Virus record (IMG/VR): IMGVR_UViG_3300023174_000071
Coordinates: 32,001 to 96,000 of that record
Source of the DNA: a virus
DNA: 64,000 nucleotides
Reading direction: 5' to 3' (one strand)
Numbering within the stretch: the first letter of the stretch is position 1; each line of letters starts with the position of its first letter. The notes under the pieces are model-generated. The model searched no databases. It saw only the letters and a list, made by a program, of their open reading frames with translations, and had not been told where the DNA came from. A program made the translations under genes and the position numbers. Below are positions 48,931-58,482 of this stretch, piece by piece.

Positions 48931-48959
48931 TTGACTCTTGCATTCAGATAAGTTAAGCT
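48931..48959 (+). promoter_or_regulatory. Sigma70-type promoter
   Basis: TTGACT-N17-TAAGCT. Confidence 0.5.
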
Positions 48960-48989
48960 TTGATGAGCCACCGAATTGGAGATTCTATC

Positions 48990-50360
48990 ATGTCTAAAGA
49001 TAGGTATTTAGATTGCTTTTTGTTTTGCTCTATGCTTGAGGATGAAGAGCCTTCGATAGAGAAAGAAAGAGCCTACCGAAAATATTTGGGCGAAGCATTT
49101 AATGATACCAATTTGGTACTTCAAGTCACATCTTCTTATACTTTACAAGAAGAGTGGTTTAGTCTTACATTGAAAGCGATTCTATCTAATTATTCTGAAT
49201 CTATTTATTCAAGTTTTTTTAATTCAAATAGACAGCTTTTCTTGGATTCTCTTTTTGGAGAATTCCCTGATTTACAAGTTGAAACATATCAGCCAAATCA
49301 ACAAGAGAAAAATTTAATTCAGAAAATGTTTAGCGGTTCACTTCATGCTTTTTCTTGGCCCCGAAATACGGGGAGATATAACCAGCACAAAGACGTTAAA
49401 CATCATCAAAATCTTTTATTTAATCTTTTTTATTTATCTCCAAAGTTTATGCAGCAAACGATTGAGGAAAGTCAGTTCACAGAAGACCAAAGGCAGCAGA
49501 TCATTTATTCTGTCTTGTTCAAAGATAATTTCTCTTTTGATGAAAAGCAAAGGCATTCGTATTATTATGAGGATTGCATTTTCCCCGCACAATTTGTTCA
49601 TGATTTGATTTCATTTAATTCATCTTCAAATAAATCATCATTCTTAAGCTATAAGAATTCATTTCCGGGAAAGGATGACGAGACAATACTTAAATGGGCA
49701 GAAGATGTTTCATATGTATTAAACAATGAGAGTTTCCAAAATTTAGTTTTCTCAACTTTATCATCATTGGCTGTCAATATTTCTGAGTATTCACTTCTTA
49801 AAAGTATAGGATTTCGCAGACTCTCCAGCCTTTTGAAGAATGAAAAATATACATCAGAGGTTTATGATAACATTTCAAATTCTCTTGAGAAAATTTTATT
49901 TTCAAATTATCATACACCTATTGGCGCAAATCATTCTTTAATTGAAATCGCATTCAAAAACCGAAGAGAACGATTTGATGAAATGATTAACTTAGCGCTA
50001 ATTAAACGAGGATATGATAATCCTGTGCGTGCTATGTTGTACACTTTTTGTATCCATAATAATTTATTTACAACTGCATTAGCAAAAGCATTAACAAGAG
50101 AAACCAGTTCGTCGGTAGTTGAGAAAGTTTATGATGATCTATTCTTTAAGAATAAGAATGCCGATGGAATAAAGAAAGTTCAGAAGAATTCTTCCGAAGT
50201 CGAGTTTGAACAGATCTTATCTCATCTATCAGAAACAAAGCATAGTACGGCTTTGAGGATTTTTGCAAAAGGAGCACCCTTGAAATATTTGACTCGAATT
50301 ATCGGGCAAGACAAATATGCAGATGAAACCATCAGCCAACGATTTGAGGCGGGAAAATGA
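48990..50360 (+). CDS. Helical protein, 'PFLLG...RLE.G' C-terminal family
   Basis: GGAG RBS; ends YLTRIIG...TISQRFEAGK. Confidence 0.7.
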   Translation: MSKDRYLDCFLFCSMLEDEEPSIEKERAYRKYLGEAFNDTNLVLQVTSSYTLQEEWFSLTLKAILSNYSESIYSSFFNSNRQLFLDSLFGEFPDLQVETYQPNQQEKNLIQKMFSGSLHAFSWPRNTGRYNQHKDVKHHQNLLFNLFYLSPKFMQQTIEESQFTEDQRQQIIYSVLFKDNFSFDEKQRHSYYYEDCIFPAQFVHDLISFNSSSNKSSFLSYKNSFPGKDDETILKWAEDVSYVLNNESFQNLVFSTLSSLAVNISEYSLLKSIGFRRLSSLLKNEKYTSEVYDNISNSLEKILFSNYHTPIGANHSLIEIAFKNRRERFDEMINLALIKRGYDNPVRAMLYTFCIHNNLFTTALAKALTRETSSSVVEKVYDDLFFKNKNADGIKKVQKNSSEVEFEQILSHLSETKHSTALRIFAKGAPLKYLTRIIGQDKYADETISQRFEAGK

Positions 50361-50638
50361 ATTACCTATATCTCTCACGACCAATGCATATCCGTCAATT
50401 CGATCTTTACTTGAACTATCCAATTCAAGGAAAGCCTGAACTTCTGAAATACTTTGATGTTCTTCCGGATGGGAATGTTATGGCGGTAGCGGAAGAGTGT
50501 GTAGAAAAATTTCTAAAAGAAGACCTAATTAAAGAAATTAGAATGGGCAGGAAGAGTTTTGACAAGAGGGACTTTGAGGTAAAGGATGATGAGACTTTGT
50601 TTCGTTATTTGGCCATAATGGTTGAAGAGGATAGTTGA
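50357..50638 (+). CDS. Hypothetical protein
   Basis: ATGA overlap. Confidence 0.65.
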   Translation: MNYLYLSRPMHIRQFDLYLNYPIQGKPELLKYFDVLPDGNVMAVAEECVEKFLKEDLIKEIRMGRKSFDKRDFEVKDDETLFRYLAIMVEEDS

Positions 50639-50693
50639 TATCTAAAACATGCGCCTTGCTATTAATATTTTTTAATTTTCTAGAGGCTGTTTT

Positions 50694-51410
50694 ATGATTG
50701 AGAAAAAGGCGCAATATACTACAATGGAAGATTCTGGCTTATCAGAAAGTGGCGCCAGAATCTTCGTGTCTGCGAAGATGAGAGATTATTGGCGCAAAGT
50801 ATTTGGTGATAAAAAAGCTCCCGGAAGAGATGATATTAATTATTCAGAAATGCGCAATGATGATTTGAATAAAATAATTGCGAAAGAGTTTTTGGATAGT
50901 TCAGGGAAAGTTGTAAGAAGATTTCCTTTAAAAAATCCTCAATCTCCTGATTCATATGCGGAGTTGCGTCAACTAAAAGGCACTGCAATGTTTTTTGTTT
51001 CCGGATTTGACTCGGGAACAATTAATCTTTTTTCATTGCAAAGCGGCTATAAGAGGCAAAAGAAAGAGGATCGCTCACCCGGAATAGAATCCGCATTAGA
51101 GAGGGATTCGGTTACGGGTTTTGATATTTATATATCAATAACTACAAGAAAGAAATGGAGAGAAGAATTCTTGCAATCCGATTCTCCAATTCGAAATGCA
51201 GAGCTTAATAAAGTTATAGCAAAAGAATTTTCTTCATCAACAGTTGTTAGAAAGTTTCCTCTAAAAGGTTCCAGTTCTAAGACTTTAGAAAGCGAATATG
51301 CTGAAATAAGAAAGATGGCAAATTTTCCTCAGTATTTTATTTCAGGAATAAAAAGAGGTAAAATTATTATATTTACTATTCAAAGCACGATAAAGTCTGG
51401 AAAGAAATAA
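50694..51410 (+). CDS. Protein with internally duplicated domain
   Basis: Two copies of RN..LNK.IAKEF...VVR.FPLK...YAE.R...F.SG...G.I..F..QS; TGCTATT upstream; KKAQ. Confidence 0.75.
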   Translation: MIEKKAQYTTMEDSGLSESGARIFVSAKMRDYWRKVFGDKKAPGRDDINYSEMRNDDLNKIIAKEFLDSSGKVVRRFPLKNPQSPDSYAELRQLKGTAMFFVSGFDSGTINLFSLQSGYKRQKKEDRSPGIESALERDSVTGFDIYISITTRKKWREEFLQSDSPIRNAELNKVIAKEFSSSTVVRKFPLKGSSSKTLESEYAEIRKMANFPQYFISGIKRGKIIIFTIQSTIKSGKK

Positions 51411-54400
51411 ATGTTACAATCTTTATGGCCTCAAATTTTAAATAAATTGCGCTCTCCGCCTTCTGGTGTTCAGTTGGGCTCTTTGCCCTCGATCCTTAAT
51501 GGCTTTGATAAAATTATTTTTGAAAACACGACCCCTTCCGGTAATCCGAATGCTCTCGGTTTTGTTTCAAATGAGGATGCAAACCAGAATGGTAAAATTG
51601 ACTCCATTCACTTTGTTGTTCCAAATATTGAAAAAGCCTTAAGAGAGCAGGGCGTTAAGCTTTCAAGTTCTTCGGATCTGGAAGGGGAAAATTTAGTTAA
51701 ATTGTTTTATTTTTTTGGGCAGCTTTTAGCTCACGAACTCGCTCATATTCGAGATTACCAACATAACTCGAAATCTCCTTTTCCGGGAGGAGAAAGTCCG
51801 GCGGAGCAAGAAGCTCAAAAATTTGAATCACAATTTTCGGTTACTGCTAATATACGAAAATCCAATGATACTGTTTATAGGGGATCTAATATGAACTCAA
51901 AATTTTCTGGAAAATCAATTGCTAATAGCTCCAAGTTGGCTGCGTCAAATAAAAAATTTATCAGCAAGACAGCGAAACTTCTAAAGAACGCCGAAGCTGA
52001 CTTTGGACAAAGTTTCCCTGATGAACTTCCACCTTTCAACGAAACAGATCCTGCTTCACTTCCAGATGATGTTAGCCCAACTCTTCCAGAAGAAAAGTCT
52101 GCACCTTATCATATTCCCGCGAAGCCATCTCATCGACCGGCGGCAAAATCTCACACCCCAAAGCCAAATGAATTTATACGAGAAATTCAAAAAAGATTAG
52201 ATATGCCAAAGCAAACTGGCATTTGGGAAGATGCAGATAACGCTTATTGGCGTCATTTTATTGAAGAAAACTATAAGGGCAAACTTGATATGGTCATTAA
52301 GGCGAACTGGGCTGCTGGCGCCCGTGGTCTTGGTTATTCACCAGATCCGGAAGGGATGCTTAATTTTATCAAGAATATTGAATTGAAGCAGATCGCTCAA
52401 CCCGGACCTGTTACCGTTGCTGGGCTCAATAAAAAGTTTATTAGCAAGAAAGCGCAGATTGCTACCGAAAATCTTCGCATGATGGAAGATAAGAGGATGA
52501 AAGAAAATTCTCTCCCCTCCGCTCCACCATCTGTTTCTGAACGCTTATATTCTCAAATTGATTCTGCTGTTAAAAATAAAAAACCATCTACAAATATGCC
52601 GTCTGATGATTCCTCCGAAGAAATCTTTAAAACATATAATGAGTTTGAGGGAGTACCTCAATATGATATGTCCAAAGATTTAGACGTACCAAGTCAGTCA
52701 AATTTCGTAGAGAAAGATTCGGTAGTTCGTATTTCTCCAAATTTACCTCAACAGCTTATCCCCCTTTCTCTTCGTGATGGTGTTTTAAATCAAAAAGGTG
52801 AATTGGCGAGATGTTTAAAAGAAAAAAACAACTATAAGACATTCAAAGAATTATCACATCTTTTAGACGCCGGTTTTATTGAGCTTAGCGAAAGACTTAA
52901 GGTTAATGGAACTCTTTCTCCAAGAGTACCTTCTATGTTGAAAGGTTTTATGGTTAACGGTGAGATTACAAAAATCTTAGAATTTATAAATGCAAATAAT
53001 TCATTAACTGCAAAATATCTTCCAAAAGCTAATGTTAATGACTTTACTCTTGATGCGAAACTTCTTTCTATACTAAAAGAAATGAGATCAAATGCTATTC
53101 GCTTAGGTCAAATGCTTTCTGAATGTTCGGAAAGTTTAGCAAAGCGGACATTTGATGATTCCTCTGTTCCGCAAGTAAAACCATCACAAGTTAATCCGAA
53201 GCCAAAAGCATCTTCTTCAAACTCTCTTTTGGTTCAATTTCAAGAGTTAATTGGCGCTCCAAAGCCACTTGAATCAAGTTGGGGTTCTATGACGGATAGA
53301 GCGTGGAAGAACTTTATTAATGTAAATGTTCATGACGAGGTTGCGAAAGGCAAATTAAAACAACCTTGGAGTGAAGCCTCTAAATATGCATCCGGTGTTG
53401 CCGGAAAGCAATATGCGCCAACTCTCACTGGTGTTTTTGAATTCGCAAAGGATCTTAAGAGCAACAGCAATATCCGTAATCTTTTTGATAAATCAGATGA
53501 GCTTATCGATACCGCTGATTCAAATCAGTCAAAACAATCTATCGCATCTTCAAAGAAAATGATTAGCAAAAGGGCTATAACGAGGGATGTCGAGGGTGGC
53601 GCTTACATGTCTCCAGTTGAAAAAGCCAATTTAGATAAGTTAAAACTAGAAGAACAGCAGCAGAAAGAAAAAGCGCAACTTGAAGAAAGAAATAAAGCGC
53701 TTTTAACTGATCCCAATTACAGAGCTCAAGTTTTAATTCCAAAATTAAAGCTATACTCTTTGCAGCCCATAAAAACATATAAAACTAATGATGGAAAGGT
53801 TTATTATTATGTAACTGATGGTAAACTTCTTCATTTTTACCAACAGGTCGGTAACGCTTCAAAAGAAATAGAACAAATTTTAGATATTCAAAAGATTGTA
53901 GACCAGATTCACCTAGAATCTTCTAAAAAACCATCTATAGCCAAAAAACCATCTCATGAAACACTTGATAAAATCCAAAAAGAACTTGGTGTCCAAACTT
54001 CTGGAAAGTGGGACGCTCAAACTCAAGCGGCTTGGGTTAAATTGGTTGCTGAAAAATATTCAGGATCAGAAGATATAAAGAAATCATTATCAGAAAGCTG
54101 GGTAAAGGCTGCTCCGGGGTTAAAGCTTGAGCCGACCGCTGCTGGTGCGTTAAAGTTCATTCAAGATTTAAAGGCTGATAAATATTCTGCTAAAACTTCT
54201 GAATCTAAACCAGCTGAAGCTGCTTCAACTGAAACTGCTCCAGCGACTCAACCAGCCGCACCTGAGGCTCAGAAAGAACAACAGTTTACACAAGAAAATT
54301 TGGTAGGTATTCTTCAGGATTTAGCCTCTGGAAGCTTGCCATTTCAAACTGCAGGCGGAACAAATATTCTTTCTGCGGAAAGAGTCGGAGCGCAAGCCAG

Positions 54401-54635
54401 TAGATTCATTAAAAGATTAGGTGGTCTTGAGGCTGCTGCAAAAGCGATTATGCCAAATATAAATGCAAATACATTTAAGACAATGAATAAAGATAATCAA
54501 CGATATAGCGTATTCGTTCAGCTTGAAAAGCTTGGAGAGTCTGGTTTTGGTCGATTCTTCACAAGAGAAGCTCCGGGTAGATTAGAAAGAGCACTAAAGA
54601 GAGAAGAACGAAGAGCAAAGCGACGACAAGGCTAA
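51411..54635 (+). CDS. Large modular protein: HExxH domain plus three peptidoglycan-binding-like repeats; probable processed virion polyprotein
   Basis: HELAH; three IQ..L....G.W...T..AW repeats; three KK.ISK.A linkers. Confidence 0.7.
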   Translation: MLQSLWPQILNKLRSPPSGVQLGSLPSILNGFDKIIFENTTPSGNPNALGFVSNEDANQNGKIDSIHFVVPNIEKALREQGVKLSSSSDLEGENLVKLFYFFGQLLAHELAHIRDYQHNSKSPFPGGESPAEQEAQKFESQFSVTANIRKSNDTVYRGSNMNSKFSGKSIANSSKLAASNKKFISKTAKLLKNAEADFGQSFPDELPPFNETDPASLPDDVSPTLPEEKSAPYHIPAKPSHRPAAKSHTPKPNEFIREIQKRLDMPKQTGIWEDADNAYWRHFIEENYKGKLDMVIKANWAAGARGLGYSPDPEGMLNFIKNIELKQIAQPGPVTVAGLNKKFISKKAQIATENLRMMEDKRMKENSLPSAPPSVSERLYSQIDSAVKNKKPSTNMPSDDSSEEIFKTYNEFEGVPQYDMSKDLDVPSQSNFVEKDSVVRISPNLPQQLIPLSLRDGVLNQKGELARCLKEKNNYKTFKELSHLLDAGFIELSERLKVNGTLSPRVPSMLKGFMVNGEITKILEFINANNSLTAKYLPKANVNDFTLDAKLLSILKEMRSNAIRLGQMLSECSESLAKRTFDDSSVPQVKPSQVNPKPKASSSNSLLVQFQELIGAPKPLESSWGSMTDRAWKNFINVNVHDEVAKGKLKQPWSEASKYASGVAGKQYAPTLTGVFEFAKDLKSNSNIRNLFDKSDELIDTADSNQSKQSIASSKKMISKRAITRDVEGGAYMSPVEKANLDKLKLEEQQQKEKAQLEERNKALLTDPNYRAQVLIPKLKLYSLQPIKTYKTNDGKVYYYVTDGKLLHFYQQVGNASKEIEQILDIQKIVDQIHLESSKKPSIAKKPSHETLDKIQKELGVQTSGKWDAQTQAAWVKLVAEKYSGSEDIKKSLSESWVKAAPGLKLEPTAAGALKFIQDLKADKYSAKTSESKPAEAASTETAPATQPAAPEAQKEQQFTQENLVGILQDLASGSLPFQTAGGTNILSAERVGAQASRFIKRLGGLEAAAKAIMPNINANTFKTMNKDNQRYSVFVQLEKLGESGFGRFFTREAPGRLERALKREERRAKRRQG

Positions 54636-54653
54636 AAACTTAGCGTCCAATCG

Positions 54654-54686
54654 AAACCCCCGATAACCTCGGGGGTTTTTCTTTTT
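54654..54686 (+). terminator. Intrinsic terminator
   Basis: AACCCCCGA/TCGGGGGTT stem followed by a T-tract. Confidence 0.8.
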
Positions 54687-54757
54687 ATCAAATCAAACCT
54701 TGAACTATAATCAAAATCTGCTTAGAGTTATCATGAGTTAAACTCTGAGGAGCAATT

Positions 54758-55774
54758 ATGATTAATTACGCAGATGTTGTTGTCGATCTTGCATTTGGAG
54801 ATTCTGGAAAAGGTAAGGTATCTTCACATTTAGCAAAAAATGGTGAATATACCCATGTGGTTCGCTTCTCGGGCTCTAATAACGCAGGCCACACCATCTA
54901 TGTTGATGGCAAAAAACTTGTAACTCACGCTATCCCGGTAGGCGTTCTTCATGGAGTTAAGAGCGTTATCGGCCCAGGTTGCGTTTTAAATCCTGAACAT
55001 TTTTTCAACGAACTTAAAGAAATTCAAGATGCAGGCGTTAACACTGAAGGCTTAATTTGGATTTCAAAAAATGTTCACCTTATCACTCCAAGCCATCTAG
55101 AAGAAGATGGTAAGGATACGGCTATTGGAACCACTCGTAGGGGTAATGGTCCAGCATATCGAGATAAATATGGTCGAAAAGGTGTTCGTGCAGAAGCTCA
55201 TGAGAGTCTAACTCCTTATCTGACCGATATTTACGACGAATTCTTCAAACCAAATGAGGCTGCAAATATCTTGTTTGAAGGCGCTCAAGGCTTTTACTTG
55301 GACGTTGATTGGGGTGATTATCCATATGTAACCAGTGGTCATTGCACGGTAGGCTCAGCGGTTATGAATGGTGTTCCACCTCAGAATATCCGAAAAGTCT
55401 TTGGTGTAGTTAAAGCTTATGAAACATATGTTGGCGCCAAAAAGTTTGAACCCCAAGATCCTATTTTCTCAAAAATCAGAGAACTTGGAGCGGAATACGG
55501 AGCGACAACCGGACGACCAAGGCAATGTAATTGGCTAAATCTTGATAATCTAATCCGTGCTGCAAATGTAAATGGAGTTACAGAACTCTGCGTAAACAAG
55601 ACGGATATTCTCCGAAGTCTTGAAGCTTGGAATCTGTATAGTCAAAACGAACTTGTAAGTTTTTCTTCCGAAGATAGTTTCCAAGATTATATTGTTTCAA
55701 AATTGCCAAAGACAATTACAACGTTATATTGGTCAGATAATCCTAATGACATGGGAGAGGCTAAAGCCCTATGA
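54758..55774 (+). CDS. purA: Adenylosuccinate synthetase (short form)
   Basis: GDSGKGK, NAGHT, IGTTRRG.GP, EGAQG, YPYVTS, GATTGRPR. Confidence 0.92.
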   Translation: MINYADVVVDLAFGDSGKGKVSSHLAKNGEYTHVVRFSGSNNAGHTIYVDGKKLVTHAIPVGVLHGVKSVIGPGCVLNPEHFFNELKEIQDAGVNTEGLIWISKNVHLITPSHLEEDGKDTAIGTTRRGNGPAYRDKYGRKGVRAEAHESLTPYLTDIYDEFFKPNEAANILFEGAQGFYLDVDWGDYPYVTSGHCTVGSAVMNGVPPQNIRKVFGVVKAYETYVGAKKFEPQDPIFSKIRELGAEYGATTGRPRQCNWLNLDNLIRAANVNGVTELCVNKTDILRSLEAWNLYSQNELVSFSSEDSFQDYIVSKLPKTITTLYWSDNPNDMGEAKAL

Positions 55775-56601
55775 GTAAATTTATGAAGCCAATGTATGAT
55801 TTTATTATCTACCATGATAATTGTTTCGATGGTTTTGGAGCAAGGTTTGCGGCAGAACTTGCTTACGGAAAATCCGCAGAATATTATCCGGCGCAACATG
55901 ACCGAGAACCACCCAATGTAACGGGCAAAAATGTTTTAATTGCAGACTTTTCTTACCCAAGAGATACTTTGCTTAAAATGAAAGAGCAGGCAAATACTCT
56001 ACAGGTGGTCGATCATCATGTTTCCGCCCAAGATTCTCTAAAAGGTTTAGACTTTTGCCATTTTGATATGGAAAAAAGCGGAGCAGTTTTGGCTTGGGAA
56101 CATATTCATGGAGATGATCCCGTTCCCCAACTTCTTCTCTATATTCAAGATCGGGATCTCTGGAAGTTCAATCTAAAAGGGTCAAAGGAAGTTCTCACCG
56201 CAATTGCTTCTTATGAAAAAGATTTCAAGACTTGGTGCGAATTTGCCGAACAGCTAGAAACTTACGACGGATTTGGCCGACTCTTTACTGAGGGAAGTTC
56301 GATTCTTAAGTATAAAGATTCCACAATTTCATCAATTTTAAAGAAGAAGTTTAATATTAACATCGCAGGGTTTGAAGTTCCATGCGTTAACTCTTCAGTT
56401 TTTCAATCTGAAATTGGAAATATTCTTTCATATGGCTCCCCATTTGCAGCGATTTATTATTACGATGGAGCACAGTTCATCTTTTCTCTTCGAAGCAGCG
56501 ATCAAGGCGTTGATGTTTCGAAAATCGCAAAAAGATTCGGAGGCGGAGGTCATCGTAACGCATCTGGATTTTCTATTAAAAGTTTAAATCAACTTTCCTA
56601 A
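55771..56601 (+). CDS. DHH/DHHA1 phosphoesterase (nanoRNase-like)
   Basis: YH..C.DG, ADFS, VDHH, DRDLW, SLRS, GGGGHRNASG. Confidence 0.9.
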   Translation: MSKFMKPMYDFIIYHDNCFDGFGARFAAELAYGKSAEYYPAQHDREPPNVTGKNVLIADFSYPRDTLLKMKEQANTLQVVDHHVSAQDSLKGLDFCHFDMEKSGAVLAWEHIHGDDPVPQLLLYIQDRDLWKFNLKGSKEVLTAIASYEKDFKTWCEFAEQLETYDGFGRLFTEGSSILKYKDSTISSILKKKFNINIAGFEVPCVNSSVFQSEIGNILSYGSPFAAIYYYDGAQFIFSLRSSDQGVDVSKIAKRFGGGGHRNASGFSIKSLNQLS

Positions 56602-56609
56602 GGAGGATT

Positions 56610-57353
56610 ATGTCATTCGATTCAGTGGCTTTAAAAGTCAAAAAATACATTTCAAATAAGAATAACGCACCTTCTTGGTCCAGAAATAGAAATATAATTT
56701 TTCCAAAAATTGTAGAGGAAATGGGGCTTAACGAAAAAGATTTCGAAATAATTTATAATGAGCACAACGCTCTTGATAAGTTGACGCAAATAATTGTGGG
56801 ATCTTTTTTTCCAATTTGGGGCGTTAGGGATATTTATTTTGTATTGCTTGAAAGATTTCCGCATCACGGAGAGCGGATTTTAACATCAAATAATAGTCCT
56901 TTCTTTTTGAAATCGTGGGTTGTAAGCAAAGGGTATTACGAAAATATCTCCTCTATCGATTTTCTTATTTTAGAAAAAGAAAAAAATATCAGGGCCTTAG
57001 GCGCAAAGATATGTGATATTGAAAAATGTAAGAATCTTATTTTTGATAAAGAAGCAGCAGTTCGAAAGATTGCCTACATCAGATTAGGTCCGGTAAATTA
57101 TTTAGATTTTATGTTAAAAGATAAGCATGCAGTAATCCGCTCTATGGGTGTAGGTTTTGCGCCAATGCATTATGCAAAATTAAACGACTTACTTGACGAC
57201 TCATCTCAAATGGTGTTAAATTTACTTATTGACAAAGTTCAATATGAAAAAGTTCCATTTTTGCTAGGTAGTAGGTCGCTCTTGAAACAAAGCGACAGAA
57301 CCCAGCTTTATCTTAAGAGCAAAATTGAAAAGAGACTTGAACGAGGAGTGTAG
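56610..57353 (+). CDS. HEAT-like repeat protein, 'PFLLG...RLE.G' C-terminal family
   Basis: Repeats L..DK...VR; ends VPFLLG...IEKRLERGV. Confidence 0.7.
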   Translation: MSFDSVALKVKKYISNKNNAPSWSRNRNIIFPKIVEEMGLNEKDFEIIYNEHNALDKLTQIIVGSFFPIWGVRDIYFVLLERFPHHGERILTSNNSPFFLKSWVVSKGYYENISSIDFLILEKEKNIRALGAKICDIEKCKNLIFDKEAAVRKIAYIRLGPVNYLDFMLKDKHAVIRSMGVGFAPMHYAKLNDLLDDSSQMVLNLLIDKVQYEKVPFLLGSRSLLKQSDRTQLYLKSKIEKRLERGV

Positions 57354-57356
57354 TTA

Positions 57357-58454
57357 ATGCATAGTAAAAACAAAATTATTTCTGAATCATTATCGTTTGA
57401 TGATGTTTTAATCGTTCCTCAACTATCTAATGTTCGCTCTCGTAACTCTGTGGATACTTCCACAGTAGTTGGCGGATATAAATTGCAGGTTCCGATTATA
57501 TCTTCGCCAATGGATACGGTAACAGAATCAGAAATGGCTATCGCTATGGGTAAAGCTGGTGGGATGGGAATCGTTCATCGCTTTATGTCAATCGAACAAC
57601 AGGCGGAGCAAATTTCCAAAGTTATTTCCGCTCGTTCTTTATCTGGACAAACTTTCCCTGTAGCTTATGCTATCGGAGTTGGTGAGGCGGAATTTGAACG
57701 CTTTCTTTTTATGAAAGATAAATTTGGAAAAGAAATCGATTTTGTGGCTATTGATATTGCAAATGGTCATTCATCTTTGATGAAAGAAATGATTTCCGCA
57801 GTGAAGGAATCTCTATCAGCAAGCGACCTTAGCAATACTAAAATTATTGCCGGGAACGTCGCAACCGGTGAGGGTTGGCTTTATTTGGCAAAAGCTGGTG
57901 CTGACTGCGTGAGAATCGGCATTGGAGGCGGATTTATCTGTAAAACTCGAATTATGACCGGAATGGGCGTGCCAACTTTTGCTTCCGTTTTGGATGCGGC
58001 ATCCTCTCGTGAAATTAATTCTGAATTTTCTCATGTATCCATTCTTGCGGATGGCGGGATTCGTTATCCAGCAGACTTGGCGAAAAGCTTGGCAGCGGGA
58101 GCGGACGCTATTATTTGCGGAAAAATTCTAGCAGGCTCAGATGAAGCACCGACTTTGCAAATTATCCAGCAAAACGGAGTAAATCACAAAGTTTATCGAG
58201 GGATGGCGAGCGAAGAAATCCAAAAAGAAAAGCGTGGAGGTCTTAAGAAGGGAACTTGCGCAGAGGGTGTTTCAACCTTTATTAAATGCACAGGTTCACT
58301 TGAAAATACACTCAATGACTTTGTCGGAGGTCTAAAATCATCATTCACTTATGTTGACGCCACAAACCTAACCGAATATAGAGAGAACACCTTCTTCACC
58401 AAAATCACCGAAGCGGGTCTTTCAGAATCCCATGCGTTTGGCACTAGACAATAA
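57357..58454 (+). CDS. IMPDH/GMP reductase family protein without CBS domains
   Basis: [52 protein letters not shown]. Confidence 0.9.
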   Translation: MHSKNKIISESLSFDDVLIVPQLSNVRSRNSVDTSTVVGGYKLQVPIISSPMDTVTESEMAIAMGKAGGMGIVHRFMSIEQQAEQISKVISARSLSGQTFPVAYAIGVGEAEFERFLFMKDKFGKEIDFVAIDIANGHSSLMKEMISAVKESLSASDLSNTKIIAGNVATGEGWLYLAKAGADCVRIGIGGGFICKTRIMTGMGVPTFASVLDAASSREINSEFSHVSILADGGIRYPADLAKSLAAGADAIICGKILAGSDEAPTLQIIQQNGVNHKVYRGMASEEIQKEKRGGLKKGTCAEGVSTFIKCTGSLENTLNDFVGGLKSSFTYVDATNLTEYRENTFFTKITEAGLSESHAFGTRQ

Positions 58455-58482
58455 ATAAACCTAATTATAGGAGCAAGCTGAT

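Noticed and set aside
54758-55774. PurZ (2-aminoadenine 'Z-genome' pathway)
   Set aside because: The catalytic Asp of PurA is retained (GDSGKGK, not GSTGKG), and no clear DatZ/MazZ neighbours are present
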